64,000 bases of DNA from Auanema rhodensis (Eukaryota; Animalia; Nematoda). The translations under genes and the position numbers were made by a program. The DNA is taken from positions 124,001 to 188,000 of the forward strand of contig CAXKVF010000086.1 in the NCBI GenBank assembly GCA_964057225.1, written 5' to 3'. Positions 44,101-59,200 of the stretch are shown here, one piece after another. Position 1 is the stretch's first letter, and every line of letters begins with the position of its first letter. The notes beneath the pieces were generated by a model. The model saw only the letters and a list, made by a program, of their open reading frames with translations, was not told the origin of the DNA and searched no databases.

Positions 44101-46202
44101 TTTATCTTTCACGTGAAGCGAGTTACATACCAAGTGCACATCACGTGTACATTTAATTAGCATAAATTAAAGTTCACGTAAATTTCAAAGTCATGGTTAC
44201 CATGAACCAATATCAATAAAAATTTGTTTTTAGACTAATATGGACATGGGGAATCTAATTTTGAAAACCGCATCTCTTTATCTTTCACGTGAAGCGAGTT
44301 ACATACCAAGTGCACATCACGTGTACATTTAATTAGCATAAATTAAAGTTCACGTAAATTTCAAAGTCATGGTTACCATGAAGCAATATCAATAAAAATT
44401 TGTTTTTAGACTAATATGGACATGGGGAATCTAATTTTGAAAACCGCATCTCTTTATCTTTCACGTGAAGCGAGTTACATACCAAGTGCACATCACGTGT
44501 ACATTTAATTAGCATAAATTAAAGTTCACGTAAATTTCAAAGTCATGGTTACCATGAACCAATATCAATAAAAATTTGTTTTTAGACTAATATGGACATG
44601 GGGAATCTAATTTTGAAAACCGCATCTCTTTATCTTTCACGTGAAGCGAGTTACATACCAAGTGCACATCACGTGTACATTTAATTAGCATAAATTAAAG
44701 TTCACGTAAATTTCAAAGTCATGGTTACCATGAACCAATATCAATAAAAATTTGTTTTTAGACTAATATGGACATGGGGAATCTAATTTTGAAAACCGCA
44801 TCTCTTTATCTTTCACGTGAAGCGAGTTACATACCAAGTGCACATCACGTGTACATTTAATTAGCATAAATTAAAGTTCACGTAAATTTCAAAGTCATGG
44901 TTACCATGAACCAATATCAATAAAAATTTGTTCTTAGACTAATATGGACATGGGGAATCTAATTTTGAAAACCGCATCTCTTTATCTTTCACGTGAAGCG
45001 AGTTACATACCAAGTGCACATCACGTGTACATTTAATTAGCATAAATTAAAGTTCACGTAAATTTCAAAGTCATGGTTACCATGAACCAATATCAATAAA
45101 AATTTGTTTTTAGACTAATATGGACATGGGGAATCTAATTTTGAAAACCGCATCTCTTTATCTTTCACGTGAAGCGAGTTACATACCAAGTGCACATCAC
45201 GTGTACATTTAATTAGCATAAATTAAAGTTCACGTAAATTTCAAAGTCATGGTTACCATGAACCAATATCAATAAAAATTTGTTTTTAGACTAATATGGA
45301 CATGGGGAATCTAATTTTGAAAACCGCATCTCTTTATCTTTCACGTGAAGCGAGTTACATACCAAGTGCACATCACGTGTACATTTAATTAGCATAAATT
45401 AAAGTTCACGTAAATTTCAAAGTCATGGTTACCATGAACCAATATCAATAAAAATTTGTTTTTAGACTAATATGGACATGGGGAATCTAATTTTGAAAAC
45501 CGCATCTCTTTATCTTTCACGTGAAGCGAGTGACATACCAAGTGCACATCACGTGTACATTTAATTAGCATAAATTAAAGTTCACGTAAATTTCAAAGTC
45601 ATGGTTACCATGCACCAATATCAATAAAAATTTGTTCTTAGACTAATATGGACATGGGGAATCTAATTTTGAAAACCGCATCTCTTTATCTTTCACGTGA
45701 AGCGAGTTACATACCAAGTGCACATCACGTGTACATTTAATTAGCATAAATTAAAGTTCACGTAAATTTCAAAGTCATGGTTACCATGAACCAATATCAA
45801 TAAAAATTTGTTTTTAGACTAATATGGACATGGGGAATCTAATTTTGAAAACCGCATCTCTTTATCTTTCACGTGAAGCGAGTTACATACCAAGTGCACA
45901 TCACGTGTACATTTAATTAGCATAAATTAAAGTTCACGTAAACTTCAAAGTCATGGTTACCATGAAGCAATATCAATAAAAATTTGTTTTTAGACTAATA
46001 TGGACATGGGGAATCTAATTTTGAAAACCGCATCTCTTTATCTTTCACGTGAAGCGAGTTACATACCAAGTGCACATCACGTGTACATTTAATTAGCATA
46101 AATTAAAGTTCACGTAAATTTCAAAGTCATGGTTACCATGAACCAATATCAATAAAAATTTGTTTTTAGACTAATATGGACATGGGGAATCTAATTTTGA
46201 AA

Positions 46203-49200
46203 ACCGCATCTCTTTATCTTTCACGTGAAGCGAGTTACATACCAAGTGCACATCACGTGTACATTTAATTAGCATGAATTAAAGTTCACGTAAATTTCAA
46301 AGTCATGGTTACCATGAACCAATATCAATAAAAATTTGTTTTTAGACTAATATGGACATGGGGAATCTAATTTTGAAAACCGCATCTCTTTATCTTTCAC
46401 GTGAAGCGAGTTACATACCAAGTGCACATCACGTGTACATTTAATTAGCATAAATTAAAGTTCACGTAAATTTCAAAGTCATGGTTACCATGAACCAATA
46501 TCAATAAAAATTTGTTTTTAGACTAATATGGACATGGGGAATCTAATTGTGAAAACCGCATCTCTTTATCTTTCACGTGAAGCGAGTTACATACCAAGTG
46601 CCCATCACGTGTACATTTAATTAGCATAAATTAAAGTTCACGTAAACTTCAAAGTCATGGTTACCATGAAGCAATATCAATAAAAATTTGTTTTTAGACT
46701 AATATGGACATGGGGAATCTAATTTTGAAAACCGCATCTTTTTATCTTTCACGTGAAGCGAGTTACATACCAAGTGCACATCACGTGTACATTTAATTAG
46801 CATAAATTAAAGTTCACGTAAATTTCAAAGTCATGGTTACCATGAACCAATATCAATAAAAATTTGTTTTTAGACAAATATGGACATGGGGAATCTAATT
46901 TTGAAAACCGCATCTCTTCATCTTTCACGTGAAGCGAGTTACATACCAAGTGCACATCACGTGTACATTTAATTAGCATAAATTAAAGTTCACGTAAATT
47001 TCAAAGTCATGGTTACCATGAAGCAATATCAATAAAAATTTGTTTTTAGACCAATATGGACATGGGGAATCTAATTTTGAAAACCGCATCTCTTTATCTT
47101 TCACGTGAAGCGAGTTACATACCAAGTGCACATCACGTGTACATTTAATTAGCATAAATTAAAGTTCACGTAAATTTCAAAGTCATGGTTACCATGAACC
47201 AATATCAATAAAAATTTGTTTTTAGACTAATATGGACATGGGGAATCTAATTTTGAAAACCGCATCTCTTTATCTTTCACGTGAAGCGAGTTACATACCA
47301 AGTGCACATCACGTGTACATTTAATTAGCATGAATTAAAGTTCACGTAAATTTCAAAGTCATGGTTACCATGAACCAATATCAATAAAAATTTGTTTTTA
47401 GACTAATATGGACATGGGGAATCTAATTTTGAAAACCGCATCTCTTTATCTTTCACGTGAAGCGAGTTACATACCAAGTGCACATCACGTGTACATTTAA
47501 TTAGCATAAATTAAAGTTCACGTAAATTTCAAAGTCATGGTTACCATGAACCAATATCAATAAAAATTTGTTTTTAGACTAATATGGACATGGGGAATCT
47601 AATTGTGAAAACCGCATCTCTTTATCTTTCACGTGAAGCGAGTTACATACCAAGTGCACATCACGTGTACATTTAATTAGCATAAATTAAAGTTCACGTA
47701 AACTTCAAAGTCATGGTTACCATGAAGCAATATCAATAAAAATTTGTTTTTAGACTAATATGGACATGGGGAATCTAATTTTGAAAACCGCATCTCTTCA
47801 TCTTTCACGTGAAGCGAGTTACATACCAAGTGCACATCACGTGTACATTTAATTAGCATAAATTAAAGTTCACGTAAATTTCAAAGTCATGGTTACCATG
47901 AAGCAATATCAATAAAAATTTGTTTTTAGACTAATATGGACATGGGGAATCTAATTTTGAAAACCGCATCTCTTTATCTTTCACGTGAAGCGAGTTACAT
48001 ACCAAGTGCACATCACGTGTACATTTAATTAGCATAAATTAAAGTTCACGTAAATTTCAAAGTCATGGTTACCATGAAGCAATATCAATAAAAATTTGTT
48101 TTTAGACTAATATGGACATGGGGAATCTAATTTTGAAAACCGCATCTCTTTATCTTTCACGTGAAGCGAGTTACATACCAAGTGCACATCACGTGTACAT
48201 TTAATTAGCATAAATTAAAGTTCACGTAAATTTCAAAGTCATGGTTACCATGAACCAATATCAATAAAAATTTGTTTTTAGACTAATATGGACATGGGGA
48301 ATCTAATTTTGAAAACCGCATCTCTTTATCTTTCACGTGAAGCGAGTTACATACCAAGTGCACATCACGTGTACATTTAATTAGCATGAATTAAAGTTCA
48401 CGTAAATTTCAAAGTCATGGTTACCATGAACCAATATCAATAAAAATTTGTTTTTAGACTAATATGGACATGGGGAATCTAATTTTGAAAACCGCATCTC
48501 TTTATCTTTCACGTGAAGCGAGTTACATACCAAGTGCACATCACGTGTACATTTAATTAGCATAAATTAAAGTTCACGTAAATTTCAAAGTCATGGTTAC
48601 CATGAACCAATATCAATAAAAATTTGTTTTTAGACTAATATGGACATGGGGAATCTAATTGTGAAAACCGCATCTCTTTATCTTTCACGTGAAGCGAGTT
48701 ACATACCAAGTGCACATCACGTGTACATTTAATTAGCATAAATTAAAGTTCACGTAAACTTCAAAGTCATGGTTACCATGAAGCAATATCAATAAAAATT
48801 TGTTTTTAGACTAATATGGACATGGGGAATCTAATTTTGAAAACCGCATCTTTTTATCTTTCACGTGAAGCGAGTTACATACCAAGTGCACATCACGTGT
48901 ACATTTAATTAGCATAAATTAAAGTTCACGTAAATTTCAAAGTCATGGTTACCATGAACCAATATCAATAAAAATTTGTTTTTAGACTAATATGGACATG
49001 GGGAATCTAATTTTGAAAACCGCATCTCTTCATCTTTCACGTGAAGCGAGTTACATACCAAGTGCACATCACGTGTACATTTAATTAGCATAAATTAAAG
49101 TTCACGTAAATTTCAAAGTCATGGTTACCATGAAGCAATATCAATAAAAATTTGTTTTTAGACTAATATGGACATGGGGAATCTAATTTTGAAAACCGCA

Positions 49201-49370
49201 TCTCTTTATCTTTCACGTGAAGCGAGTTACATACCAAGTGCACATCACGTGTACATTTAATTAGCATAAATTAAAGTTCACGTAAATTTCAAAGTCATGG
49301 TTACCATGAAGCAATATCAATAAAAATTTGTTTTTAGACTAATATGGACATGGGGAATCTAATTTTGAAA
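46203..49370. repeat. Imperfect 6-monomer periodicity (1056 bp) x3
   Basis: A74G at 46276, 47332, 48388 and T171G at 46549, 47605, 48661; the distal monomers of each unit differ. Confidence 0.88.
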
Positions 49371-52300
49371 ACCGCATCTCTTTATCTTTCACGTGAAGCG
49401 AGTTACATACCAAGTGCACATCACGTGTACATTTAATTAGCATAAATTAAAGTTCACGTAAATTTCAAAGTCATGGTTACCATGAACCAATATCAATAAA
49501 AATTTGTTCTTAGACTAATATGGACATGGGGAATCTAATTTTGAAAACCGCATCTCTTTATCTTTCACGTGAAGCGAGTTACATACCAAGTGCACATCAC
49601 GTGTACATTTAATTAGCATAAATTAAAGTTCACGTAAATTTCAAAGTCATGGTTACCATGAACCAATATCAATAAAAATTTGTTTTTAGACTAATATGGA
49701 CATGGGGAATCTAATTTTGAAAACCGCATCTCTTTATCTTTCACGTGAAGCGAGTTACATACCAAGTGCACATCACGTGTACATTTAATTAGCATAAATT
49801 AAAGTTCACGTAAACTTCAAAGTCATGGTTACCATGAAGCAATATCAATAAAAATTTGTTTTTAGACTAATATGGACATGGGGAATCTAATTTTGAAAAC
49901 CGCATCTCTTTATCTTTCACGTGAAGCGAGTTACATACCAAGTGCACATCACGTGTACATTTATTTAGCATAAATTAAAGTTCACGTAAATTTCAAAGTC
50001 ATGGTTAACATGAACCAATATCAATAAAAATTTGTTTTTAGACTAATATGGACATGGGGAATCTAATTTTGAAAACCGCATCTCTTTATCTTTCACGTGA
50101 AGCGAGTTACATACCAAGTGCACATCACGTGTACATTTAATTAGCATAAATTAAAGTTCACGTAAATTTCAAAGTCATGGTTACCATGAAGCAATATCAA
50201 TAAAAATTTGTTCTTAGACTAATATGGACATGGGGAATCTAATTTTGAAAACCGCATCTCTTTATCTTTCACGTGAAGCGAGTTACATACCAAGTGCACA
50301 TCACGTGTACATTTAATTAGCATAAATTAAAGTTCACGTAAATTTCAAAGTCATGGTTAACATGAACCAATATCAATAAAAATTCGTTTTTAGACTAATA
50401 TGGACATGGGGAATCTAATTTTGAAAACCGCATCTCTTTATCTTTCACGTGAAGCGAGTTACATACCAAGTGCACATCACGTGTACATTTAATTAGCATA
50501 AATTAAAGTTCACGTAAATTTCAAAGTCATGGTTACCATGCACCAATATCAATAAAAATTTGTTCTTAGACTAATATGGACATGGGGAATCTAATTTTGA
50601 AAACCGCATCTCTTTATCTTTCACGTGAAGCGAGTTACATACCAAGTGCACATCACGTGTACATTTAATTAGCATAAATTAAAGTTCACGTAAATTTCAA
50701 AGTCATGGTTACCATGAACCAATATCAATAAAAATTTGTTTTTAGACTAATATGGACATGGGGAATCTAATTTTGAAAACCGCATCTCTTTATCTTTCAC
50801 GTGAAGCGAGTTACATACCAAGTGCACATCACGTGTACATTTAATTAGCATAAATTAAAGTTCACGTAAACTTCAAAGTCATGGTTACCATGAAGCAATA
50901 TCAATAAAAATTTGTTTTTAGACTAATATGGACATGGGGAATCTAATTTTGAAAACCGCATCTCTTTATCTTTCACGTGAAGCGAGTTACATACCAAGTG
51001 CACATCACGTGTACATTTAATTAGCATAAATTAAAGTTCACGTAAATTTCAAAGTCATGGTTACCATGAACCAATATCAATAAAAATTTGTTTTTAGACT
51101 AATATGGACATGGGGAATCTAATTTTGAAAACCGCATCTCTTTATCTTTCACGTGAAGCGAGTTACATACCAAGTGCACATCACGTGTACATTTAATTAG
51201 CATAAATTAAAGTTCACGTAAACTTCAAAGTCATGGTTACCATGAAGCAATATCAATAAAAATTTGTTTTTAGACTAATATGGACATGGGGAATCTAATT
51301 TTGAAAACCGCATCTCTTTATCTTTCACGTGAAGCGAGTTACATACCAAGTGCACATCACGTGTACATTTAATTAGCATAAATTAAAGTTCACGTAAATT
51401 TCAAAGTCATGGTTACCATGAACCAATATCAATAAAAAATTGTTTTTAGACTAATATGGACATGGGGAATCTAATTTTGAAAACCGCATCTCTTTATCTT
51501 TCACGTGAAGCGAGTTACATACCAAGTGCACATCACGTGTACATTTAATTAGCATAAATTAAAGTTCACGTTAATTTCAAAGTCATGGTTACCATGCACC
51601 AATATCAATAAAAATTTGTTTTTAGACTAATATGGACATGGGGAATCTAATTTTGAAAACCGCATCTCTTTATCTTTCACGTGAAGCGAGTTACATACCA
51701 AGTGCACATCACGTGTACATTTAATTAGCATAAATTAAAGTTCACGTAAACTTCAAAGTCATGGTTACCATGAAGCAATATCAATAAAAATTTGTTTTTA
51801 GACTAATATGGACATGGGGAATCTAATTTTGAAAACCGCATCTCTTTATCTTTCACGTGAAGCGAGTTACATACCAAGTGCACATCACGTGTACATTTAT
51901 TTAGCATAAATTAAAGTTCACGTAAATTTCAAAGTCATGGTTACCATGAACCAATATCAATAAAAAATTGTTTTTAGACTAATATGGACATGGGGAATCT
52001 AATTTTGAAAACCGCATCTCTTTATCTTTCACGTGAAGCGAGTTACATACCAAGTGCACATCACGTGTACATTTAATTAGCATAAATTAAAGTTCACGTA
52101 AATTTCAAAGTCATGGTTACCATGCACCAATATCAATAAAAATTTGTTTTTAGACTAATATGGACATGGGGAATCTAATTTTGAAAACCGCATCTCTTTA
52201 TCTTTCACGTGAAGCGAGTTACATACCAAGTGCACATCACGTGTACATTTAATTAGCATAAATTAAAGTTCACGTAAATTTCAAAGTCATGGTTACCATG

Positions 52301-55300
52301 AAGCAATATCAATAAAAATTTGTTTTTAGACTAATATGGACATGGGGAATCTAATTTTGAAAACCGCATCTCTTTATCTTTCACGTGAAGCGAGTTACAT
52401 ACCAAGTGCACATCACGTGTACATTTATTTAGCATAAATTAAAGTTCACGTAAACTTCAAAGTCATGGTTACCATGAACCAATATCAATAAAAATTCGTT
52501 TTTAGACTAATATGGACATGGGGAATCTAATTTTGAAAACCGCATCTCTTTATCTTTCACGTGAAGCGAGTTACATACCAAGTGCACATCACGTGTACAT
52601 TTAATTAGCATAAATTAAAGTTCACGTAAATTTCAAAGTCATGGTTACCATGCACCAATATCAATAAAAATTTGTTTTTAGACTAATATGGACATGGGGA
52701 ATCTAATTTTGAAAACCGCATCTCTTTATCTTTCACGTGAAGCGAGTTACATACCAAGTGCACATCACGTGTACATTTAATTAGCATAAATTAAAGTTCA
52801 CGTAAATTTCAAAGTCATGGTTACCATGAACCAATATCAATAAAAATTTGTTTTTAGACTAATATGGACATGGGGAATCTAATTTTGAAAACCGCATCTC
52901 TTTATCTTTCACGTGAAGCGAGTTACATACCAAGTGCACATCACGTGTACATTTAATTAGCATAAATTAAAGTTCACGTAAACTTCAAAGTCATGGTTAC
53001 CATGAAGCAATATCAATAAAAATTTGTTTTTAGACTAATATGGACATGGGGAATCTAATTTTGAAAACCGCATCTCTTTATCTTTCACGTGAAGCGAGTT
53101 ACATATCAAGTGCACATCACGTGTACATTTAATTAGCATAAATTAAAGTTCACGTAAATTTCAAAGTCATGGTTACCATGCACCAATATCAATAAAAATT
53201 TGTTTTTAAACTAATATGGACATGGGGAATCTAATTTTGAAAACCGCATCTCTTTATCTTTCACGTGAAGCGAGTTACATACCAAGTGCACATCACGTAT
53301 ACATTTAATTAGCATAAATTAAAGTTCACGTAAATTTCAAAGTCATGGTTACCATGCACCAATATCAATAAAAATTTGTTTTTAGACTAATATGGACATG
53401 GGGAATCTAATTTTGAAAACCGCATCTCTTTATCTTTCACATGAAGCGAGTTACATACCAAGTGCACATCACGTGTACATTTAATTAGCATAAATTAAAG
53501 TTCACGTAAATTTCAAAGTCATGGTTACCATGAACCAATATCAATAAAAATTTGTTTTTAGACTAATATGGACATGGGGAATCTAATTTTGAAAACCGCA
53601 TCTCTTTATCTTTCACGTGAAGCGAGTTACATACCAAGTGCACATCACGTGTACATTTAATTAGCATAAATTAAAGTTCACGTAAATTTCAAAGTCATGG
53701 TTACCATGAAGCAATATCAATAAAAATTTGTTTTTAGACTAATATGGACATGGGGAATCTAATTTTGAAAACCGCATCTCTTTATCTTTCACGTGAAGCG
53801 AGTTACATACCAAGTGCACATCACGTGTACATTTAATTAGCATAAATTAAAGTTCACGTAAATTTCAAAGTCATGGTTACCATGCACCAATATCAATAAA
53901 AATTTGTTTTTAGACTAATATGGACATGGGGAATCTAATTTTGAAAACCGCATCTCTTTATCTTTCACGTGAAGCGAGTTACATACCAAGTGCACATCAC
54001 GTGTACATTTAATTAGCATAAATTAAAGTTCACGTAAATTTCAAAGTCATGGTTACCATGCACCAATATCAATAAAAATTTGTTTTTAGACTAATATGGA
54101 CATGGGGAATCTAATTTTGAAAACCGCATCTCTTCATCTTTCACGTGAAGCGAGTTACATACCAAGTGCACATCACGTGTACATTTAATTAGCATAAATT
54201 AAAGTTCACGTAAATTTCAAAGTCATGGTTACCATGCACCAATATCAATAAAAATTTGTTTTTAGACTAATATGGACATGGGGAATCTAATTTTGAAAAC
54301 CGCATCTCTTTATCTTTCACGTGAAGCGAGTTACATACCAAGTGCACATCACGTGTACATTTAATTAGCATAAATTAAAGTTCACGTAAATTTCAAAGTC
54401 ATGGTTACCATGCACCAATATCAATAAAAATTTGTTTTTAGACTAATATGGACATGGGGAATCTAATTTTGAAAACCGCATCTCTTTATCTTTCACGTGA
54501 AGCGAGTTACATACCAAGGGCACATCACGTGTACATTTAATTAGCATAAATTAAAGTTCACGTAAATTTCAAAGTCATGGTTACCATGCACCAATATCAA
54601 TAAAAATTTGTTTTTAGACTAATATGGACATGGGGAATCTAATTTTGAAAACCGCATCTCTTTATCTTTCACGTGAAGCGAGTTACATACCAAGTGCACA
54701 TCACGTGTACATTTAATTAGCATAAATTAAAGTTCACGTAAATTTCAAAGTCATGGTTACCATGCACCAATATCAATAAAAATTTGTTTTTAGACTAATA
54801 TGGACATGGGGAATCTAATTTTGAAAACCGCATCTCTTTATCTTTCACGTGAAGCGAGTTACATACCAAGTGCACATCACGTGTACATTTAATTAGCATA
54901 AATTAAAGTTCACGTAAATTTCAAAGTCATGGTTACCATGAACCAATATCAATAAAAATTTGTTTTTAGACTAATATGGACATGGGGAATCTAATTTTGA
55001 AAACCGCATCTCTTTATCTTTCACGTGAAGCGAGTTACATACCAAGGGCACATCACGTGTACATTTAATTAGCATAAATTAAAGTTCACGTAAATTTCAA
55101 AGTCATGGTTACCATGCACCAATATCAATAAAAATTTGTTTTTAAACTAATATGGACATGGGGAATCTAATTTTGAAAACCGCATCTCTTTATCTTTCAC
55201 GTGAAGCGAATTACATACCAAGTGCACATCACGTGTACATTTAATTAGCATAAATTAAAGTTCACGTAAATTTCAAAGTCATGGTTACCATGCACCAATA

Positions 55301-56234
55301 TCAATAAAAATTTGTTTTTAGACTAATATGGACATGGGGAATCTAATTTTGAAAACCGCATCTCTTTATCTTTCACATGAAGCGAGTTACATACCAAGTG
55401 CACATCACGTGTACATTTAATTAGCATAAATTAAAGTTCACGTAAATTTCAAAGTCATGGTTACCATGAACCAATATCAATAAAAATTTGTTTTTAGACT
55501 AATATGGACATGGGGAATCTAATTTTGAAAACCGCATCTCTTTATCTTTCACGTGAAGCGAGTTACATACCAAGTGCACATCACGTATACATTTAATTAG
55601 CATAAATTAAAGTTCACGTAAATTTCAAAGTCATGGTTACCATGAACCAATATCAATAAAAATTTGTTTTTAGACTAATATGGACATGGGGAATCTAATT
55701 TTGAAAACCGCATCTCTTTATCTTTCACGTGAAGCGAGTTACATACCAAGTGCACATCACGTGTACATTTAATTAGCATAAATTAAAGTTCACGTAAATT
55801 TCAAAGTCATGGTTACCATGCACCAATATCAATAAAAATTTGTTTTTAGACTAATATGGACATGGGGAATCTAATTTTGAAAACCGCATCTCTTTATCTT
55901 TCACGTGAAGCGAGTTACATACCAAGTGCACATCACGTGTACATTTAATTAGCATAAATTAAAGTTCACGTAAATTTCAAAGTCATGGTTACCATGCACC
56001 AATATCAATAAAAATTTGTTTTTAGACTAATATGGACATGGGGAATCTAATTTTGAAAACCGCATCTCTTTATCTTTCACGTGAAGCGAGTTACATACCA
56101 AGTGCACATCACGTGTACATTTAATTAGCATAAATTAAAGTTCACGTAAATTTCAAAGTCATGGTTACCATGCACCAATATCAATAAAAATTTGTTTTTA
56201 GACTAATATGGACATGGGGAATCTAATTTTGAAA

Positions 56235-59200
56235 ACCGCATCTCTTTATCTTTCACGTGAAGCGAGTTACATACCAAGTGCACATCACGTGTACATTTAA
56301 TTAGCATAAATTAAAGTTCACGTAAATTTCAAAGTCATGGTTACCATGCACCAATATCAATAAAAATTTGTTTTTAGACTAATATGGACATGGGGAATCT
56401 AATTTTGAAAACCGCATCTCTTTATCTTTCACGTGAAGCGAGTTACATACCAAGTGCACATCACGTGTACATTTAATTAGCATAAATTAAAGTTCACGTA
56501 AATTTCAAAGTCATGGTTACCATGAACCAATATCAATAAAAATTTGTTTTCAGACTAATATGGACATGGGGAATCTAATTTTGAAAACCGCATCTCTTTA
56601 TCTTTCACGTGAAGCGAGTTACATACCAAGTGCACATCACGTGTACATTTAATTAGCATAAATTAAAGTTCACGTAAATTTCAAAGTCATGGTTACCATG
56701 CACCAATATCAATAAAAATTTGTTTTTAGACTAATATGGACATGGGGAATCTAATTTTGAAAACCGCATCTCTTTATCTTTCACGTGAAGCGAGTTACAT
56801 ACCAAGTGCACATCACGTGTACATTTAATTAGCATAAATTAAAGTTCACGTAAATTTCAAAGTCATGGTTACCATGCACCAATATCAATAAAAATTTGTT
56901 TTTAGACTAATATGGACATGGGGAATCTAATTTTGAAAACCGCATCTCTTTATCTTTCACGTGAAGCGAGTTACATACCAAGTGCACATCACGTGTACAT
57001 TTAATTAGCATAAATTAAAGTTCACGTAAATTTCAAAGTCATGGTTACCATGAACCAATATCAATAAAAATTTGTTTTCAGACTAATATGGACATGGGGA
57101 ATCTAATTTTGAAAACCGCATCTCTTTATCTTTCACGTGAAGCGAGTTACATACCAAGTGCACATCACGTGTACATTTAATTAGCATAAATTAAAGTTCA
57201 CGTAAATTTCAAAGTCATGGTTACCATGCACCAATATCAATAAAAATTTGTTTTTAGACTAATATGGACATGGGGAATCTAATTTTGAAAACCGCATCTC
57301 TTTATCTTTCACGTGAAGCGAGTTACATACCAAGTGCACATCACGTGTACATTTAATTAGCATAAATTAAAGTTCACGTAAATTTCAAAGTCATGGTTAC
57401 CATGCACCAATATCAATAAAAATTTGTTTTTAGACTAATATGGACATGGGGAATCTAATTTTGAAAACCGCATCTCTTTATCTTTCACGTGAAGCGAGTT
57501 ACATACCAAGTGCACATCACGTGTACATTTAATTAGCATAAATTAAAGTTCACGTAAATTTCAAAGTCATGGTTACCATGAACCAATATCAATAAAAATT
57601 TGTTTTCAGACTAATATGGACATGGGGAATCTAATTTTGAAAACCGCATCTCTTTATCTTTCACGTGAAGCGAGTTACATACCAAGTGCACATCACGTGT
57701 ACATTTAATTAGCATAAATTAAAGTTCACGTAAATTTCAAAGTCATGGTTACCATGCACCAATATCAATAAAAATTTGTTTTTAGACTAATATGGACATG
57801 GGGAATCTAATTTTGAAAACCGCATCTCTTTATCTTTCACGTGAAGCGAGTTACATACCAAGTGCACATCACGTGTACATTTAATTAGCATAAATTAAAG
57901 TTCACGTAAATTTCAAAGTCATGGTTACCATGCACCAATATCAATAAAAATTTGTTTTTAGACTAATATGGACATGGGAAATCTAATTTTGAAAACCGCA
58001 TCTCTTTATCTTTCACGTGAAGCGAGTTACATACCAAGTGCACATCACGTGTACATTTAATTAGCATAAATTAAAGTTCACGTAAATTTCAAAGTCATGG
58101 TTACCATGAACCAATATCAATAAAAATTTGTTTTCAGACTAATATGGACATGGGAAATCTAATTTTGAAAACCGCATCTCTTTATCTTTCACGTGAAGCG
58201 AGTTACATACCAAGTGCACATCACGTGTACATTTAATTAGCATAAATTAAAGTTCACGTAAATTTCAAAGTCATGGTTACCATGCACCAATATCAATAAA
58301 AATTTGTTTTTAGACTAATATGGACATGGGGAATCTAATTTTGAAAACCGCATCTCTTTATCTTTCACGTGAAGCGAGTTACATACCAAGTGCACATCAC
58401 GTGTACATTTAATTAGCATAAATTAAAGTTCACGTAAATTTCAAAGTCATGGTTACCATGCACCAATATCAATAAAAATTTGTTTTTAGACTAATATGGA
58501 CATGGGGAATCTAATTTTGAAAACCGCATCTCTTTATCTTTCACGTGAAGCGAGTTACATACCAAGTGCACATCACGTGTACATTTAATTAGCATAAATT
58601 AAAGTTCACGTAAATTTCAAAGTCATGGTTACCATGCACCAATATCAATAAAAATTTGTTTTTAGACTAATATGGACATGGGGAATCTAATTTTGAAAAC
58701 CGCATCTCTTCATCTTTCACGTGAAGCGAGTTACATACCAAGTGCACATCACGTGTACATTTAATTAGCATAAATTAAAGTTCACGTAAATTTCAAAGTC
58801 ATGGTTACCATGCACCAATATCAATAAAAATTTGTTTTTAGACTAATATGGACATGGGGAATCTAATTTTGAAAACCGCATCTCTTTATCTTTCACGTGA
58901 AGCGAGTTACATACCAAGTGCACATCACGTGTACATTTAATTAGCATAAATTAAAGTTCACGTAAATTTCAAAGTCATGGTTACCATGCACCAATATCAA
59001 TAAAAATTTGTTTTTAGACTAATATGGACATGGGGAATCTAATTTTGAAAACCGCATCTCTTTATCTTTCACGTGAAGCGAGTTACATACCAAGTGCACA
59101 TCACGTGTACATTTAATTAGCATAAATTAAAGTTCACGTAAATTTCAAAGTCATGGTTACCATGCACCAATATCAATAAAAATTTGTTTTTAGACTAATA

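Noticed and set aside
46797-46979. 60-aa minus-strand ORF as a CDS
   Set aside because: It is a translation of one satellite monomer with a single stop-loss substitution. No recognisable domain, and nearly all other copies have a stop after codon 34.
46973-47155. Second 60-aa minus-strand ORF as a CDS or tandem gene pair
   Set aside because: Same cause. Similarity between the two peptides only reflects the DNA repeat, and 176 is not a multiple of 3, so no long repeat protein can be encoded.
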